The translations under genes and the position numbers were made by a program. From contig CAJINV010000013.1 in assembly GCA_905178155.1 (NCBI GenBank), positions 672,344 through 736,343 of the forward strand: a DNA stretch of 64,000 nt, read 5' to 3'. The notes beneath the pieces are model-generated. The model saw only the letters and a list, made by a program, of their open reading frames with translations, did no database searches and was not told the origin of the DNA. The stretch is from Amoebophrya sp. A120 (taxonomy: Eukaryota; Protista; Dinoflagellata). Positions 11,735 through 23,329 of this stretch are shown one piece after another. How positions within the stretch are numbered: the stretch's first letter is position 1; each line of letters begins with the position of its first letter.

Positions 11735-12232
11735 ATGATCGAAGGCATCACGGGTGGAACCATTTCGAGCGATACGTTGCGCAACTCCAGGATCCGCCCG
11801 GGAGACCGTTTTGGGCGGGCTTCCGGGAGAGACAATCCCTACGCCGACGACATTTACGGGGAGAGGGTGGAGCGTGACCGTGAGCAGCAATATCGAGACA
11901 CAATGCTGCGCTGCTGGGCGGCCGAGGTTGCATATGACCGTGCACAACTCCCCCTCCCCCTCATTTGTCATGCAAAATACCCAATCCACCCTTTGCCTCT
12001 TTGCACTGTTTGCATGACAAGTTCTGGTAGCGGCCCAAGTTGCACTATAATCCAGTGCAAATTTGTCATGCAGGGCCGGCATTCTTGCCGATGCTTGTAT
12101 TGCTGTTCATGCCATACAAATGAGGGGGAGGGGGAGTTGTGCACTGTTATATCGCAACGGGTGCTTGTTCTCCTCTCGTCGGTTTCGAGCAATGGTTCGT
12201 CCGTGAACAAGAACAGATTAAGACGAATGAAG
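11735..12232 (+). CDS. Probable exons of an unresolved hypothetical gene interrupted by an introner
   Basis: Removing 11933-12156 leaves open frames (e.g. RCWAAEVA-TGACSPLVGFEQWFVREQEQIKTNE) ending at a GTAC donor at 12233; the true frame, start and downstream exons are not resolved. Confidence 0.35.
11933..12151. mobile_element. Introner-like element (219 bp)
   Basis: About 36-bp TIR TATGACCGTGCACAACTCCCCCTCCCCCTCATTTGT / ACAAATGAGGGGGAGGGGGAGTTGTGCACTGTTATA; DR TTGCA/TCGCA. Confidence 0.88.
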
Positions 12233-14352
12233 GTACTATGCCTATGCCTCTTTGTCTTTGATATTGATTTGACTGCGTAGTACAACGCGTATGCAAGACC
12301 ATGCGCGTTTTTGTCCTAGGAAGGCGGCCTCCGCTTCGGAGGTGCGGCAAAATCTCTTGTAGAAACATTACATCGAACTACAGCCGAAATTTTATGGAGA
12401 TAAATTCAACAATCAAATAGAAATACAAACTTACTTTCGACAACAATGCAGCAGAGTATAATGGGGAAACGCAAATTTACTGTCAAAGCCGGTCGGGCGC
12501 GGCGTCTTTCTCGTGCTCCAGCTATCCCAGAGAGAAAGGCTGGCAGGTGATCTACATGTCTGTAGTTTTAATGCAAAGTCAGTGCCAATAAAAGCAAAAC
12601 GACAAATAAATCTGCAAAACAAGAAGTTCTCTTGCACAAAAACCTAAGTAGAAGTAGAGCAGCATTCTATGGCCTCGCCCATGACAGATTTTCCCGCGTA
12701 TTCATTTCTGCAACACAAGTACATGTACGGCCTGCCATCTTTTTCCTTTGGGATACCACCGCCCGGTCCCGCTCTACCACCCCGACTTCGCCGGCCGACT
12801 CCAGGTCCAGCACCCGCTCGCGCTCTACCCCGACGTCTGCGGTGGAAAGATTGTCTCGAGGACCGATCATGTTGAGTTTGACTAAGAATCAGCCGGTCAC
12901 AACTACTATCGATGCAATTGAGAATCACTGTCGTGATGAAGATCATGCGCATTAAGTCCTTATGAATCAACAGCTGGGAGCAAATGAATCCACAACTGGC
13001 TCAATAAAACCTGTTGTACTCTTGGAGTTGTCGACGTAATCATCGTAATTTTCTTGTCACGCGAACGCGTTATGGCCACACTGTCATATCAAATATATAA
13101 GACATTTTCAATTATAATGCTGGAAAAACGGAGGTGCACCAGAATCAGAAATCGATGACACAAATCTAGAGAAGATTTATCACACCAAAAATACCAAGTA
13201 GCTGTTTTGATCCACTTACGCATCGCGAAGCTGTTTTTGCGAAGTCTAAGGATCGGGAGTGATTTAAGAAAAAAAGTAGCCACAAAGAGCAAGATGAGCC
13301 ACAGTATTCGTTTTTGGAAAGAAAACGGGAACACCGAGGACTTTTGCTGAAAGCTTCAAACAAGACGTAGCGTCCACGACAACCACGACGTGTTTGTAGG
13401 GCAGGCGACCTTATTTCACGACGTCAATCATACTATTGGTACGGAGTATTGATCCAGAAGAGAGAGGGAATGAGTCATGAACGTGATTCATTTCAGAATG
13501 ATAGTGGTCGCTGACGTCGAGTCTGAGTTTGGGCGCGTTTGTCTCCATTGTTCTGGTTTGCACGTCGTTGCGAACAAGCCATCATGTGCACAGATTCGAA
13601 AAGCAAATCCGCAGATCATGTTTTTTGAGGAAGTTGTGTAAGTTTGTCGTGATGGAACGGTGTAAAAGGCGATAACAAGGGCTCCTCTGGTCGACGAGAG
13701 TGAGTAAGTAAATGCAGCTGTCACTGCGTTGATCCGAGTATCATGGAGAAGGAAACTCTTTTGATGTTGCATTCGCGAGAACTGCACGTAGGTACGGAGT
13801 ATGATAATGTGAGTTGTAACGTAAAAGAAGAAGAACTAGGCGCTTTCGCTCGCTCGCGCGCCTAGAGTTCGATGTACTGTAGAGCTACTCCAAGCTGCGA
13901 TGTGTACTAGCCGACGATCGCCGAGACGCGTCGAAGAATATCAAAGGAGATGAAAAACCTCTTCGATCATCGCATCATGCATCCGAACTCATGGTCATTG
14001 ACACTCATAGAAAGCTTAAACCTGTTTTTTCATGATTTCGTTTTCGCCATGCTGGTTGATTGACTCTCTCTTGCTCTTCATGAAAGAATATGGGCATTTG
14101 TTCGTCCTTTGAAAAAATGCACGCCATAGCTTCGTCTTGTAAAAAAAAAAGTTCTACTTCTAAGGTCTTTTTTGTGATATTTCAACTCTGTGTGAAAGAC
14201 AAGAACGTAGTTGTATATCGTTTTCTCAGAAATAGATACTCATGTGATCCTATTGTGAGAAGTACTAATACTAAAAAAGTTTTAGTTGTAGTTGAGCAGC
14301 AGTCGTATTCCACCTCGTCGCGTATAATCCTATTCCAATAGCAATATCCTAG

Positions 14353-16657
14353 GACAACTATTGTCTCGCATTACGAGGAGACCACCACTGCTGCAAAATC
14401 ACGATGTTTGGTTTTGCGTTGGATCGCGATTTGAAGTTCCAGCTCTCCACTGAGATCTATGAGGAGCCCCGCGGCCACGAGAACCGGGTGACCGACATTA
14501 CCTTGCTCGCCCAGCGGGAATTCCGTCTGGAGAACGAGATTTCTCGCGAAGAGTGCCGCTTCTATTCCTACCTGACGGGTGTCACCACGCCCCAGCCCAG
14601 CGATGGAGCGGACTACTTCAACGCCAGTACTAGAATCGGAGGGAACGGCATGGCGGGCTACTTCGGCAGGGAAGACATGCACGCACGGAAGAAAGTGGTG
14701 GATAAGATGCAAAAGGACTCTGACTTTCCGACGCACTGCATGCGATGCCGCAAGGACATACCGGTGAAAATGTACCAGAACTTCGTCGAAGGTACTCACA
14801 TTAGCGACGACTGATAGTACGATATAATGGTGTTCGTAGTTCATTTGTTCCAAAGGCGGGGGCTCGGCCGGCGCAATGATGATGATCATTCATTCTTGAA
14901 GCACTAGTAATATCACTTTGGTTTGACGAACTACATAAATATGATAATGATAGACAGAAAGAAAATCTTCTTCAGTTGTGCAACCGAACCCCTGCAAAAA
15001 GGAGTGCCCGCACGGACCCTTTTGCAACCAGTGCGTCGCGGCGATGATGAAAAACACGCTCCCCTTCTGCCACATCTGTAGTGGACAAGCTTCCGGATTC
15101 CGAAACTTTGGCGAGGAAGAAGTGGACCATTTGCTTGGGAGAATAGCGTACTGTTCTGACCTTCTCGTTTTTCAGACTGCCGATTGTTTCGAGGGTTTTT
15201 TCACACAGCTGCTGCATAATCCCATCATAAATTTGAGATCATAATATGTGTCGTTGCTTCTTCTACTTCTACTGCACTGCTGGAGGATATACTTTCTGAT
15301 TTTAGTGAAACGCGGACCTTATGTCTTATGAAACAAACATCACAGCGGAATACCAGGCGACATAGAAGTAGCTGGTCTTGCTGGGTCTTCAAGTGCAGCT
15401 TGTAGCAGTTCTGCCTCTTCTTCGAGCACGTCTTCGAAGAAACCTACAGGCCGTGCGGAGGTCGTTGTTGCAGCTCCAGCTACAACGTCGATTTTTCCAC
15501 AAGAACCGGCCGCGAAGTTGCTGGACCGATGGACTCCTGATTTGCTGGCGAAAATGCTGCTGTACATCTCGACCGCACCACTACCCGAGGATGCAGATTT
15601 AGAAGGCGGTAGAATAAATGATGAAAAGCAGGAAGATCACGATGACCACGTGGAGGGCGATCAGCAGGCGCCCGAACCGTCCGAGGATGTTGTCATCGAA
15701 CTTTCATCATCGTCATCATCTTCATCGTCTTCTGCAATCGAAAATAACGAAGAGCCGACCACAGGTGGAGGAAAGAAGAGCAGGAGTAAAAACGGGACCA
15801 CGAGTGCGGGCGCTTCGTCCAGGAACAAGAAAAAGAATTCGAATGATCAGGAGTCGAATTATTCCGCAGAAGCAGAACCGAAAGAAAACGCTGCGAGTTC
15901 TTGTGCGAAGAACCAAGAGGAGATGAATCCTAAGACGAGAGAACAAGCAACGCCATTCGACGACGCGACTACCGCTAGAACAACAAAAAATGACAGCACT
16001 TCGAAAATAGTCGGAATCCCCTTCCACTTGAAGTCCTGTTTGGTTAACTCGTTGCTGACGCGGAAATCCGAGCTAGACTTCGAAACTTTCGTGAAAGAAG
16101 TTTTGGAAAAACGCGTTGCGGTGCTAAAGTACAACGCATTTCCACCCGACACACCTATACTGGTGGGAGACGACGACACCGCTCCCGGGCCGCCACTCGA
16201 GGTAGCAGGAGAAGTTGCCGCCGTGCATATTAGGAATAAACCGAGTTGTCAGCAATCCCAATCCATCCCTCTATCCGCAATAATAGCAAACGGCGAAGCG
16301 GACACTTCGGATGCCACGACTAGCTCCAACGGCAAGGGTGGATCGAGCTCTGCGTCTGCCAGTAGCTCGAGTACAACGACCTCCGCATCTGGCGAACTGC
16401 AGGGCAGCTTGCATACGCAAAAAAATAACGGTGCTGTCAGTACTACGTCTTCCGTCGCTGTGCAGGAAATCAATGCTGGCGTTGGAAGATTGGACCTCCG
16501 TTCCAATGGAGGTCCCCCGGCGCACGTAGAACATGGTCGGGAAATCACCCCCGACGTGAATGAAGAGGACAGCGGCTGCAGTGACGAGGAAGGAAACGCG
16601 CCAGATGACGAACCTGCGCTCCAGCAGAAAAAAGCGAAACGGCAGCGGGTTGCGTGA
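14353..16657 (+). CDS. RING-finger (C3HC4-like) protein with low-complexity C-terminus; upstream exons not resolved
   Basis: Exons 14353-14791, 14976-15147, 15346-16657 joined by GT-AG introns (1923 nt, in frame). Spliced product has CMRC...CPH..FCNQC...CHIC; terminal KKAKRQR resembles an NLS. Confidence 0.7.
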
Positions 16658-17820
16658 TTTGAAGTAGTTGTGACAGTTGCACAGATGAGGATTTTTTGAA
16701 TATGCGTAGAAATGAATATAAGTAGATCTCCTCAGAGATGGCACTTCCACTTGTGAGTTTCTGTTGGTTGTAAACGACGACAAAGCTGATGGAGCGGCGG
16801 GCACCATAGAGCAAAAATGTTGAAGTGTCTCGTCTCTTGTTGCGACTTCATCAAAAATAGCTGAAATTCATTGTTTTGTACTTCTTGAAAATTATAAAGG
16901 GCTACAGGGCCATCTTAGCCTTTCGATATCTCCGACTGTCTAGTAACTGCTGCATCGACACCATGTATTCCAAAACTCAACGAAATTTCGTGCGCACAAA
17001 TGCTACCGAGTGCTCCTTTTCTTGTATCAATCATTCTAACTTGGCGACATTTTGCTGTAGCTAGTGCGTATTTCGCAAGAAGAACGTTCGATCGCACCGT
17101 AATAAGTACCTTCTGTTGTTGCTTGTTATCGTTATGCTATGTTGCAAAAACTTTCCATCTCTTATGTTGGGACGTCTTGCAGATGCAGTTGCTCCTGGTC
17201 CTCTTCATGGAGCACTACTACCTTGTGGTCAGGCTCACCACAAAAAGACGCGACGCAAATTAATTGCCGAATGCATTTAACTTCGCAAATTTTCAAGTTA
17301 ATCAACGTACTTGCGACGTCGAACTTGACGAATGTTTTTGTTGGTCTGCCTAGTCCTGCCTGTGCGTCCGCGTTCGCATTTGTCCAAACACGTTTTTCAA
17401 GGGGGCGCTTCCTTACTTTACTCTTCTGACGCCGTGACGAGGGGACCGGGATGGGTAGGACGGAGATACGGAGAGACCAGCACTCAACACATGAAGATAG
17501 GCGTGAGCAAGAAACAAACATATTTATGTTGAATAAGGACTGCTTTCTCGTCGAGGAGCAGCGCGAAGAGCCCGCGAAAGAATGCGTCAATTTAGATGTT
17601 TAGAGTGGACATGAGAGCCGGATGAGAGATTTAGCTTCAATCAGCAGGCGTGCTAGACGAGGAATAGCCTCTCGCTTAAATAAAGTTGCATCGTGGACAT
17701 TCTGCAGGTGGAGAGAGGGCCGCGAGTATAAGGCGGGGCTTTTGTTTTATAAAGCCGCCGTCGCTTCTTGTACAATCACCGCCGCATTGTTCTTGGAAAT
17801 AAAAGAAACAACTGAAAATC

Positions 17821-20800
17821 ATGTTGACCGGCGAGCAAACGTTTAAGTTGCCCTTTACGGGCGTGAATCTGGACCGCGACCAGGTGGAAAAACTGCCGCA
17901 GCCCTACCGTTTTTTGTCGAAAATCATCGACGGTTTGGTGGAAGAGGTAAACGACCGAATTTTGGAAATCGATATGAACTGCAAATATGTCTGGGTCTGG
18001 GAGATTGCGAGATGTGTCATGTTAGTCTGGCACGACTCTAAACTCTGTATTGCGTGCCAACGAAGAGGCCCTCTTGTCTATCATGCAAAAACGCAGTTTC
18101 TCATGCTGAGTACGCAACTCTGAAACACGGAAAGACTTGCCATGCTGGGCAGCGCATTACAGTGTGCTTAATATTCCCTTCCTTGCATCACAAATTTCCA
18201 AACCCAGACATCTTTGCAATGCATAATCGAAAAGCGCAAACGACAGCAGGTTTTCGAGTACAACCTACCGGAGATCTTTATGGTGTTCTCAAACGTTACA
18301 TTCTCGACTGTTGCATGAATTTGCAATGCAAGAATGGCAAAAATGCAAGTGTGAAGAGTGCGCCTTTTGCATTACAGGTTCGGCACAGATTTAGATGCTG
18401 TTTAGCCCTTTGGAAATTTGTCATGCGAAGCAGCTTGATGATCATGATAGTGATACTGATGAGAGTTTTGCATGACAAATTCATGTAACCGCTGAGAGTG
18501 TAACGTTTGAGAGCCCCATAATCTTTCCCACCGGGCAGATTGTCCTGGATGACAATTCGGCATCCAAACCCGCGGCAGGACCAGGAGTACTAGACACGGC
18601 GGCAGCAGGCGGCCGTGGGAGTGCTGCTGCTGCTCCACCGGTGGTCACGAACCGGATCAATTGCATTGCAAACTCTTCCTCCGGCCATGTGGATGTGTCC
18701 TCTTCCACTGGCAACTACACGAGCGGCAGCAACTCCGTGGCACCGCACGGGGCTGGCGGGCCATCTTCAAAATCCGTGTTGAACACAATCGTCGCATGCG
18801 GGACCGAAAGCGGGGAGCTCATCATGCTGGATCTGCAGGGCACCGGAAGACTTGTGTGCAACCTGCAGCTGGTCCCGAAACAACCACCACCGGTGGTCGA
18901 GGAGGATGTTGAAGAAGGCGCCGGGGGACAGGCCGCGCCCGTGCATCCCATGAAGAAACCGGTATTATTTGAAAGCGGATGTAGTGTGCTTGTTGTTTGG
19001 GGGTTGTATAGGGATGTATACGCGAGAGGATGTTTCGCTCATACTGAAAAAATGTTTCTTCACTCCCAAAATGTATAAATGTTGACGGGCCTAGTATGAA
19101 TCTACACCACAAGCAAGATGATAAAGACAAAGTCTAAGTCACCAAGAACTTCGCTCCTCCTGCACGACAGGGCAGTGTGACGCACGTGGCGATGACGACG
19201 GGGTTTCTGAAGCGGCGGGCGATCTGCGAGAACTGCAGTCTCTGGCGGTCCGTGAACCCAAAAGTGGTCGCTGCGGTGAACGGGCAGAGCTATTTGAAAG
19301 TTTGCGAGTTTCGAAACAAGGACTACATCCACTCCGAGCAGCTAGTTCCGTTCGCGAAACTGCAGTATCCCCAGGAAGTGGTAGACTTTACCAACAGCAC
19401 AGACGGCGATGCCGATGGAGGACCAGGCAGCAAGGAAGTTTCTCCGGTGCGGCAAATTTCCACCTGGGGGAACAGTGGCGCCTTGTGGACCTGTGCGTTT
19501 CTTTTGACCGCCTCGAACACGGGAAAGGTGTTTGTTTACCGGAGTTCGCTCGGCAAGCCACTGGAGAAGGACTTCAAAAACGCCGCGGGCGGAAACTCCA
19601 AGTCCTTCAACAGCAAGCAGCCGTTTACCATCCAGGAGGAGGGGGAAACCGACGCGGAGCAGGGCTTGAACGATTCCCTCGGACCCGGGAACACGCTCGC
19701 CAACGGGTTGCACGATGCCGCGAAAATTGAGCAGGCGTGGGATGACGCGGAGAAAGTTGCCACCGTGGCGACACCACTCTACTCGGTCTCGCTACCCGGC
19801 TATCAAATGTAAAAATGTCTGGGTCTGGAAGATTGGAACTTGTGGTTGTGATGCTGCGTCTGCATTATCCAAAAATCTGTATTGCATGAACAGCAAAAGA
19901 GGCCTGGTTTTGGCCACGGCGAGAGGGCATTTCTCATGCGGTATAGGCATCAGAACGCCCTCGCAATATCTGTGATGCTAGGGCATGCATCGCAGACGTC
20001 AGGAGTCACGCAAGATGTGCATGACAAACCTTGCATCCTTCCAGACCCAGACACTTTTACATTTGATACCGGCTTCAGCATGCGGGCAACCGCCCAGCCG
20101 CTCCCGCCCATGTATCCTGAGTAAAAACGTACCCACACCAGAGTTGTAATGCAGATTTGCAAAGACAGGAAGACTTGTAATGCGCATCACCATGAGAGCC
20201 ATTTACAATCGTGTTTTGGAATTTGTGATGCTGTGAACAGGATGAGCAGATGAATCTGTGATGCGGCTGCACTTGCTAACCTGCACTACACTGCAGAGCG
20301 CAACTTGTCATGCGTGACTGACTCACAAAAGTCCTAGGCTTGTGTTGCAAAATCCCCACCCTGGCTCTGGTGTGGGTACGTTTTTACTCAGGATGCCATG
20401 TCCTCCATATTCGCGGACTTTTTCTTCGTTTGCGGCGAGTCCACAAACGAAAAAACCTACAGCCGGCCGGGCTCGCTGGTGTTGTGGAGCGAGAAGAGCA
20501 ACTTGCTCTACTTCGGAAGTATCCCAATGGTCGAGAACGAGTGCGACCAGCGGGGTGCGATGCAAGCGCAGGATGGCAGTCTGGATTTGACGGAGGTTCC
20601 GCTAGATCCGATTGACGAATCGGTGAAAGCCGTCGCGGAAACGAAGTCCTTGTGTCTCAACAAGCACTGGCTTTTTATGGACGCGGTTTCCGCGGTGGGC
20701 CGGAGTGCCAGCGGAACTGTGATCGGAGTAGGGACGGAAACAGGGTATCTTTAGCAGGGTTTTAGTTTTTTGCAAAAGGGTTAATCTGTGTTGCGTTCTT

Positions 20801-22344
20801 TTTCGGAGATTACGACACGGATTTCTCGTGCGGGCTGATGAAGGAAGTAAGTAGTTGATCTTGAGGAAGTTGACAGCAGCAGCAGGCCAAAAGAACCACA
20901 TCCAAAAATCGATCTACAACAGCACTGTCACCCTCTGGTCCGGCTGGACCATGTCCAATCTCTTTTCCGACTGCCCGGGCCACTATGGTCGCGTTGAGTC
21001 CGTTTCTTTCGCCGGAAATGCGCGCGTCCTCACGGGTGGGTCCGACGGGTGGGTGCACGTGTTGAGCTGCGAAACGGGGAAGCTCATTTTCCGCACCAAC
21101 ACCTGTCCCGCCTTCGAACCCTGCCACAGTCTCTGTCACCTGTTGTCGGGGTTCGTACCGCTCGCGATTGGTGTCTCGGAGGTGGGACAGCTGCGGTTGT
21201 GGGACACGAGGTTGAGCGATAAGCTCGGAAAATTGATCGCAGCGCCGGAAGGGTACTTAATCATGAACCTTTTTATATGGAATTTGGAATTAGTACGTGA
21301 TGCACCTCCACTTTTTGCACTACCTTGACGTTCACAGTTTGGTTGTATTGTTTTGACGTTCACGATTTGGTTGTATTGAAAAGCTAAAGCTCACGACCTT
21401 CATTATATGATCAGTTCCTGTCTCGGCGAGAACACGAAGCTACACGCCGGCTACGACTCCTTCGCTGTGTTTCAGACGCAAGAGGGGCAAACCTGCGTCT
21501 CCGTGTACGACACGAACATGATTCTCAGCAACATGTTCGCGGGGATCTCCGCCAGACTAGAAAACAGTCGGAGCTCCTCGGCGTCAAAGCTCTTCCGGGT
21601 TTTGACATCGGAACAAAGGAAAAATCCCCCAGCGAAGGTATACAGGTTGAGGACTGCTGCTGCTGGTGCTCGTTATCCTCCTGCCGCGTCAGAGAAGAAA
21701 GAGCGAGCAGATGAATTTGTTATTCCTTGTACGGCAATAGATACTGGAATAGTATGTTGGCTGCTGCTGCATGAGAAAATATTGTTATTCGGAACAAGTT
21801 ATCGAGCGAGAAACTAAACCCACACGACCAGGATCACCGCAGCACCGCCACCACAGTGTCAGGTCCCGGACAATCCTCGGCGAATCGCAGCGTCGCGAAG
21901 TCCACCGCCACCTCCGGCGGAGGCAGTTCCGCGCAACACAAGTCCGCGTCCTCCTCGCGGGGCCGGTCGTCCCCGAAAAAGAAGGGCACGCTGACCCAGG
22001 CTTCCTTGATGGCACACGTATCCAATGCAACTGTATCGTACTCGTTTTGATTTCTGTCGCAGTCATGCATGACAGATCTATGTTGCAGGAATCAATTTGT
22101 GTTGCAATTTTTCCTAAACCTTTTGCGATACTTTTGCAATGCATAGCACGAAGTGCAGTATGATCTTCCCGCGGGGGCGACGCAGCAGCAGGAAATCGAG
22201 CCAAACCCCTTGGATTTGGAGTGGCGACGCGTGGGCGTGGAGAAGTACCGGGGGATATTGGCGGAGAAAGCGACCTCGAGGAAAAAAGTGACGGTTTTGT
22301 TGGACGAGGTGCACAAAAAAATACAGTCGGCGGGAGGATCCTAG
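17821..22344 (+). CDS. WDR93: WD-repeat protein, WDR93-like (about 860 aa, 10 exons)
   Basis: Exons 17821-17972, 18231-18278, 18526-18961, 19171-19800, 20074-20112, 20401-20744, 20923-21252, 21415-21637, 21832-22018, 22151-22344 total 2583 nt, in frame. N-terminal LPQPYRFLSKII resembles the WDR93 motif as I recall it; WD repeats include GHYGRVESVSF...LTGGSDGWVHV and GQLRLWD. Five IR-type and four GT-AG introns. Confidence 0.7.
17973..18225. mobile_element. Introner-like non-canonical intron (253 bp), family A
   Basis: TIR TATGAACTGCAAATATGTCTGGGTCTGG / CCAAACCCAGACATCTTTGCAATGCATA; DR ATCGA; alignable over its length with 28358-28614. Confidence 0.92.
18279..18520. mobile_element. Introner-like non-canonical intron (242 bp)
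   Basis: About 50-bp imperfect TIR TATGGTGTTCTCAAACGTTACATTCTC... / ...GAGAGTGTAACGTTTGAGAGCCCCATA; DR ATCTT; removal gives LPEIF-PTGQIV. Confidence 0.92.
19801..20068. mobile_element. Introner-like non-canonical intron (268 bp), family A-type TIR
   Basis: 31-bp TIR with 1 mismatch, TATCAAATGTAAAAATGTCTGGGTCTGGAAG; DR CCGGC; removal gives SLPG-FSMRATAQ. Confidence 0.92.
20113..20395. mobile_element. Introner-like non-canonical intron (283 bp)
   Basis: 30-bp perfect TIR ATCCTGAGTAAAAACGTACCCACACCAGAG; DR CCATG; removal gives PLPPM-SSIFADFF. Confidence 0.92.
22019..22145. mobile_element. Short introner-like intron (127 bp)
   Basis: TIR TATCCAATGCAACTGTATCG / CGATACTTTTGCAATGCATA; DR ACACG/GCACG; removal gives LMAHE-VQYDLP. 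Confidence 0.82.
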
Positions 22345-23329
22345 GAAATAAGGTACGTGCACCCGATTTTGAGCACACACATTTAGACCTTAGTTCTGTT
22401 GTTCATGCCGTTGACTTGTTCGAGGGTGAGGAACAAGGTCGCTCACTCAGGCTGTTTTTTGAAATAGTAATTTTCACGCCAGTTTTGCGAGCAAGGGAGA
22501 AAATAGTCTACGTGTGGTCGTGCAAAAGACCGACATGCGGATACTGATAGATCACGCACTTGGTTAGGGAAACAAATACCGAATGATTTCCAGTTGCGAT
22601 TGCGCGCGCAAAGGCAAGCAGAAACAAACAGGAATTTATTATAGCGGGAACTCAAGCATCTTTGGGTGTTTACAAAAGATAAACCATGTAGTTGAACTTG
22701 AGTGCAAGCCTATGAATAAGATGGATGCGGCCACCGGATCAAAAAGATCACCGAGATCCTGTCATCGAAATTTGTCTGCCACCTCTACCGTTGTATTAGT
22801 ACTTGTAGCTGCTTCTGGCTCTGCGAGTAAATCAATATCCCGTCACGAAATTGCAATTGAAATCTATGATCTGCTGATATGAAGAAAGTCGGTGTCTGTT
22901 GCCTGTCGTCGATTTCCTTTTTTTTCTGGCATGGGCATGAGCTGCCTCAGGCTGAGGAAAGAGCAGTGACTGGATACAGATCGTCGTGCCGCAAATTCGA
23001 TCTTCTGGCTCTTTCTGTGTACGGATTTCGACGCACCTGACCGCAACTCGTGAAAGAATAATCTAATTTTCACACGATTTGATTATCATGCGGCATAGAC
23101 AGCAAAACAAAAACTCGTTAACGTATGCCTAACAAAACATGGTATCCCTAGGTAGCTTTGATTATCGACATTCTGATTCGACATAACTCTCACTATTCAT
23201 CATAATCTAAAAAAGCTGCCCAAAAAGCTGCAAAAGAGGAAGAACTTGTTCCTGTTACAACAAGCACTGTAAGAGCAATACAGTAATAAAAAGAATTGAG
23301 ACTTGATAAATCAAACTCGCATCGCAGCC

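Noticed and set aside
13439-13803. Two identical GGTACGGAGTAT donor-like sites and possible upstream exons of the RING gene
   Set aside because: I could not build a unique in-frame exon chain for 12233-14352 by hand.
21325-21378. Short tandem duplication TTGACGTTCAC..TTTGGTTGTATTG; similar local duplication at about 6578-6706
   Set aside because: Two copies only, in intronic or intergenic DNA; ordinary slippage, not a CRISPR or a functional array.
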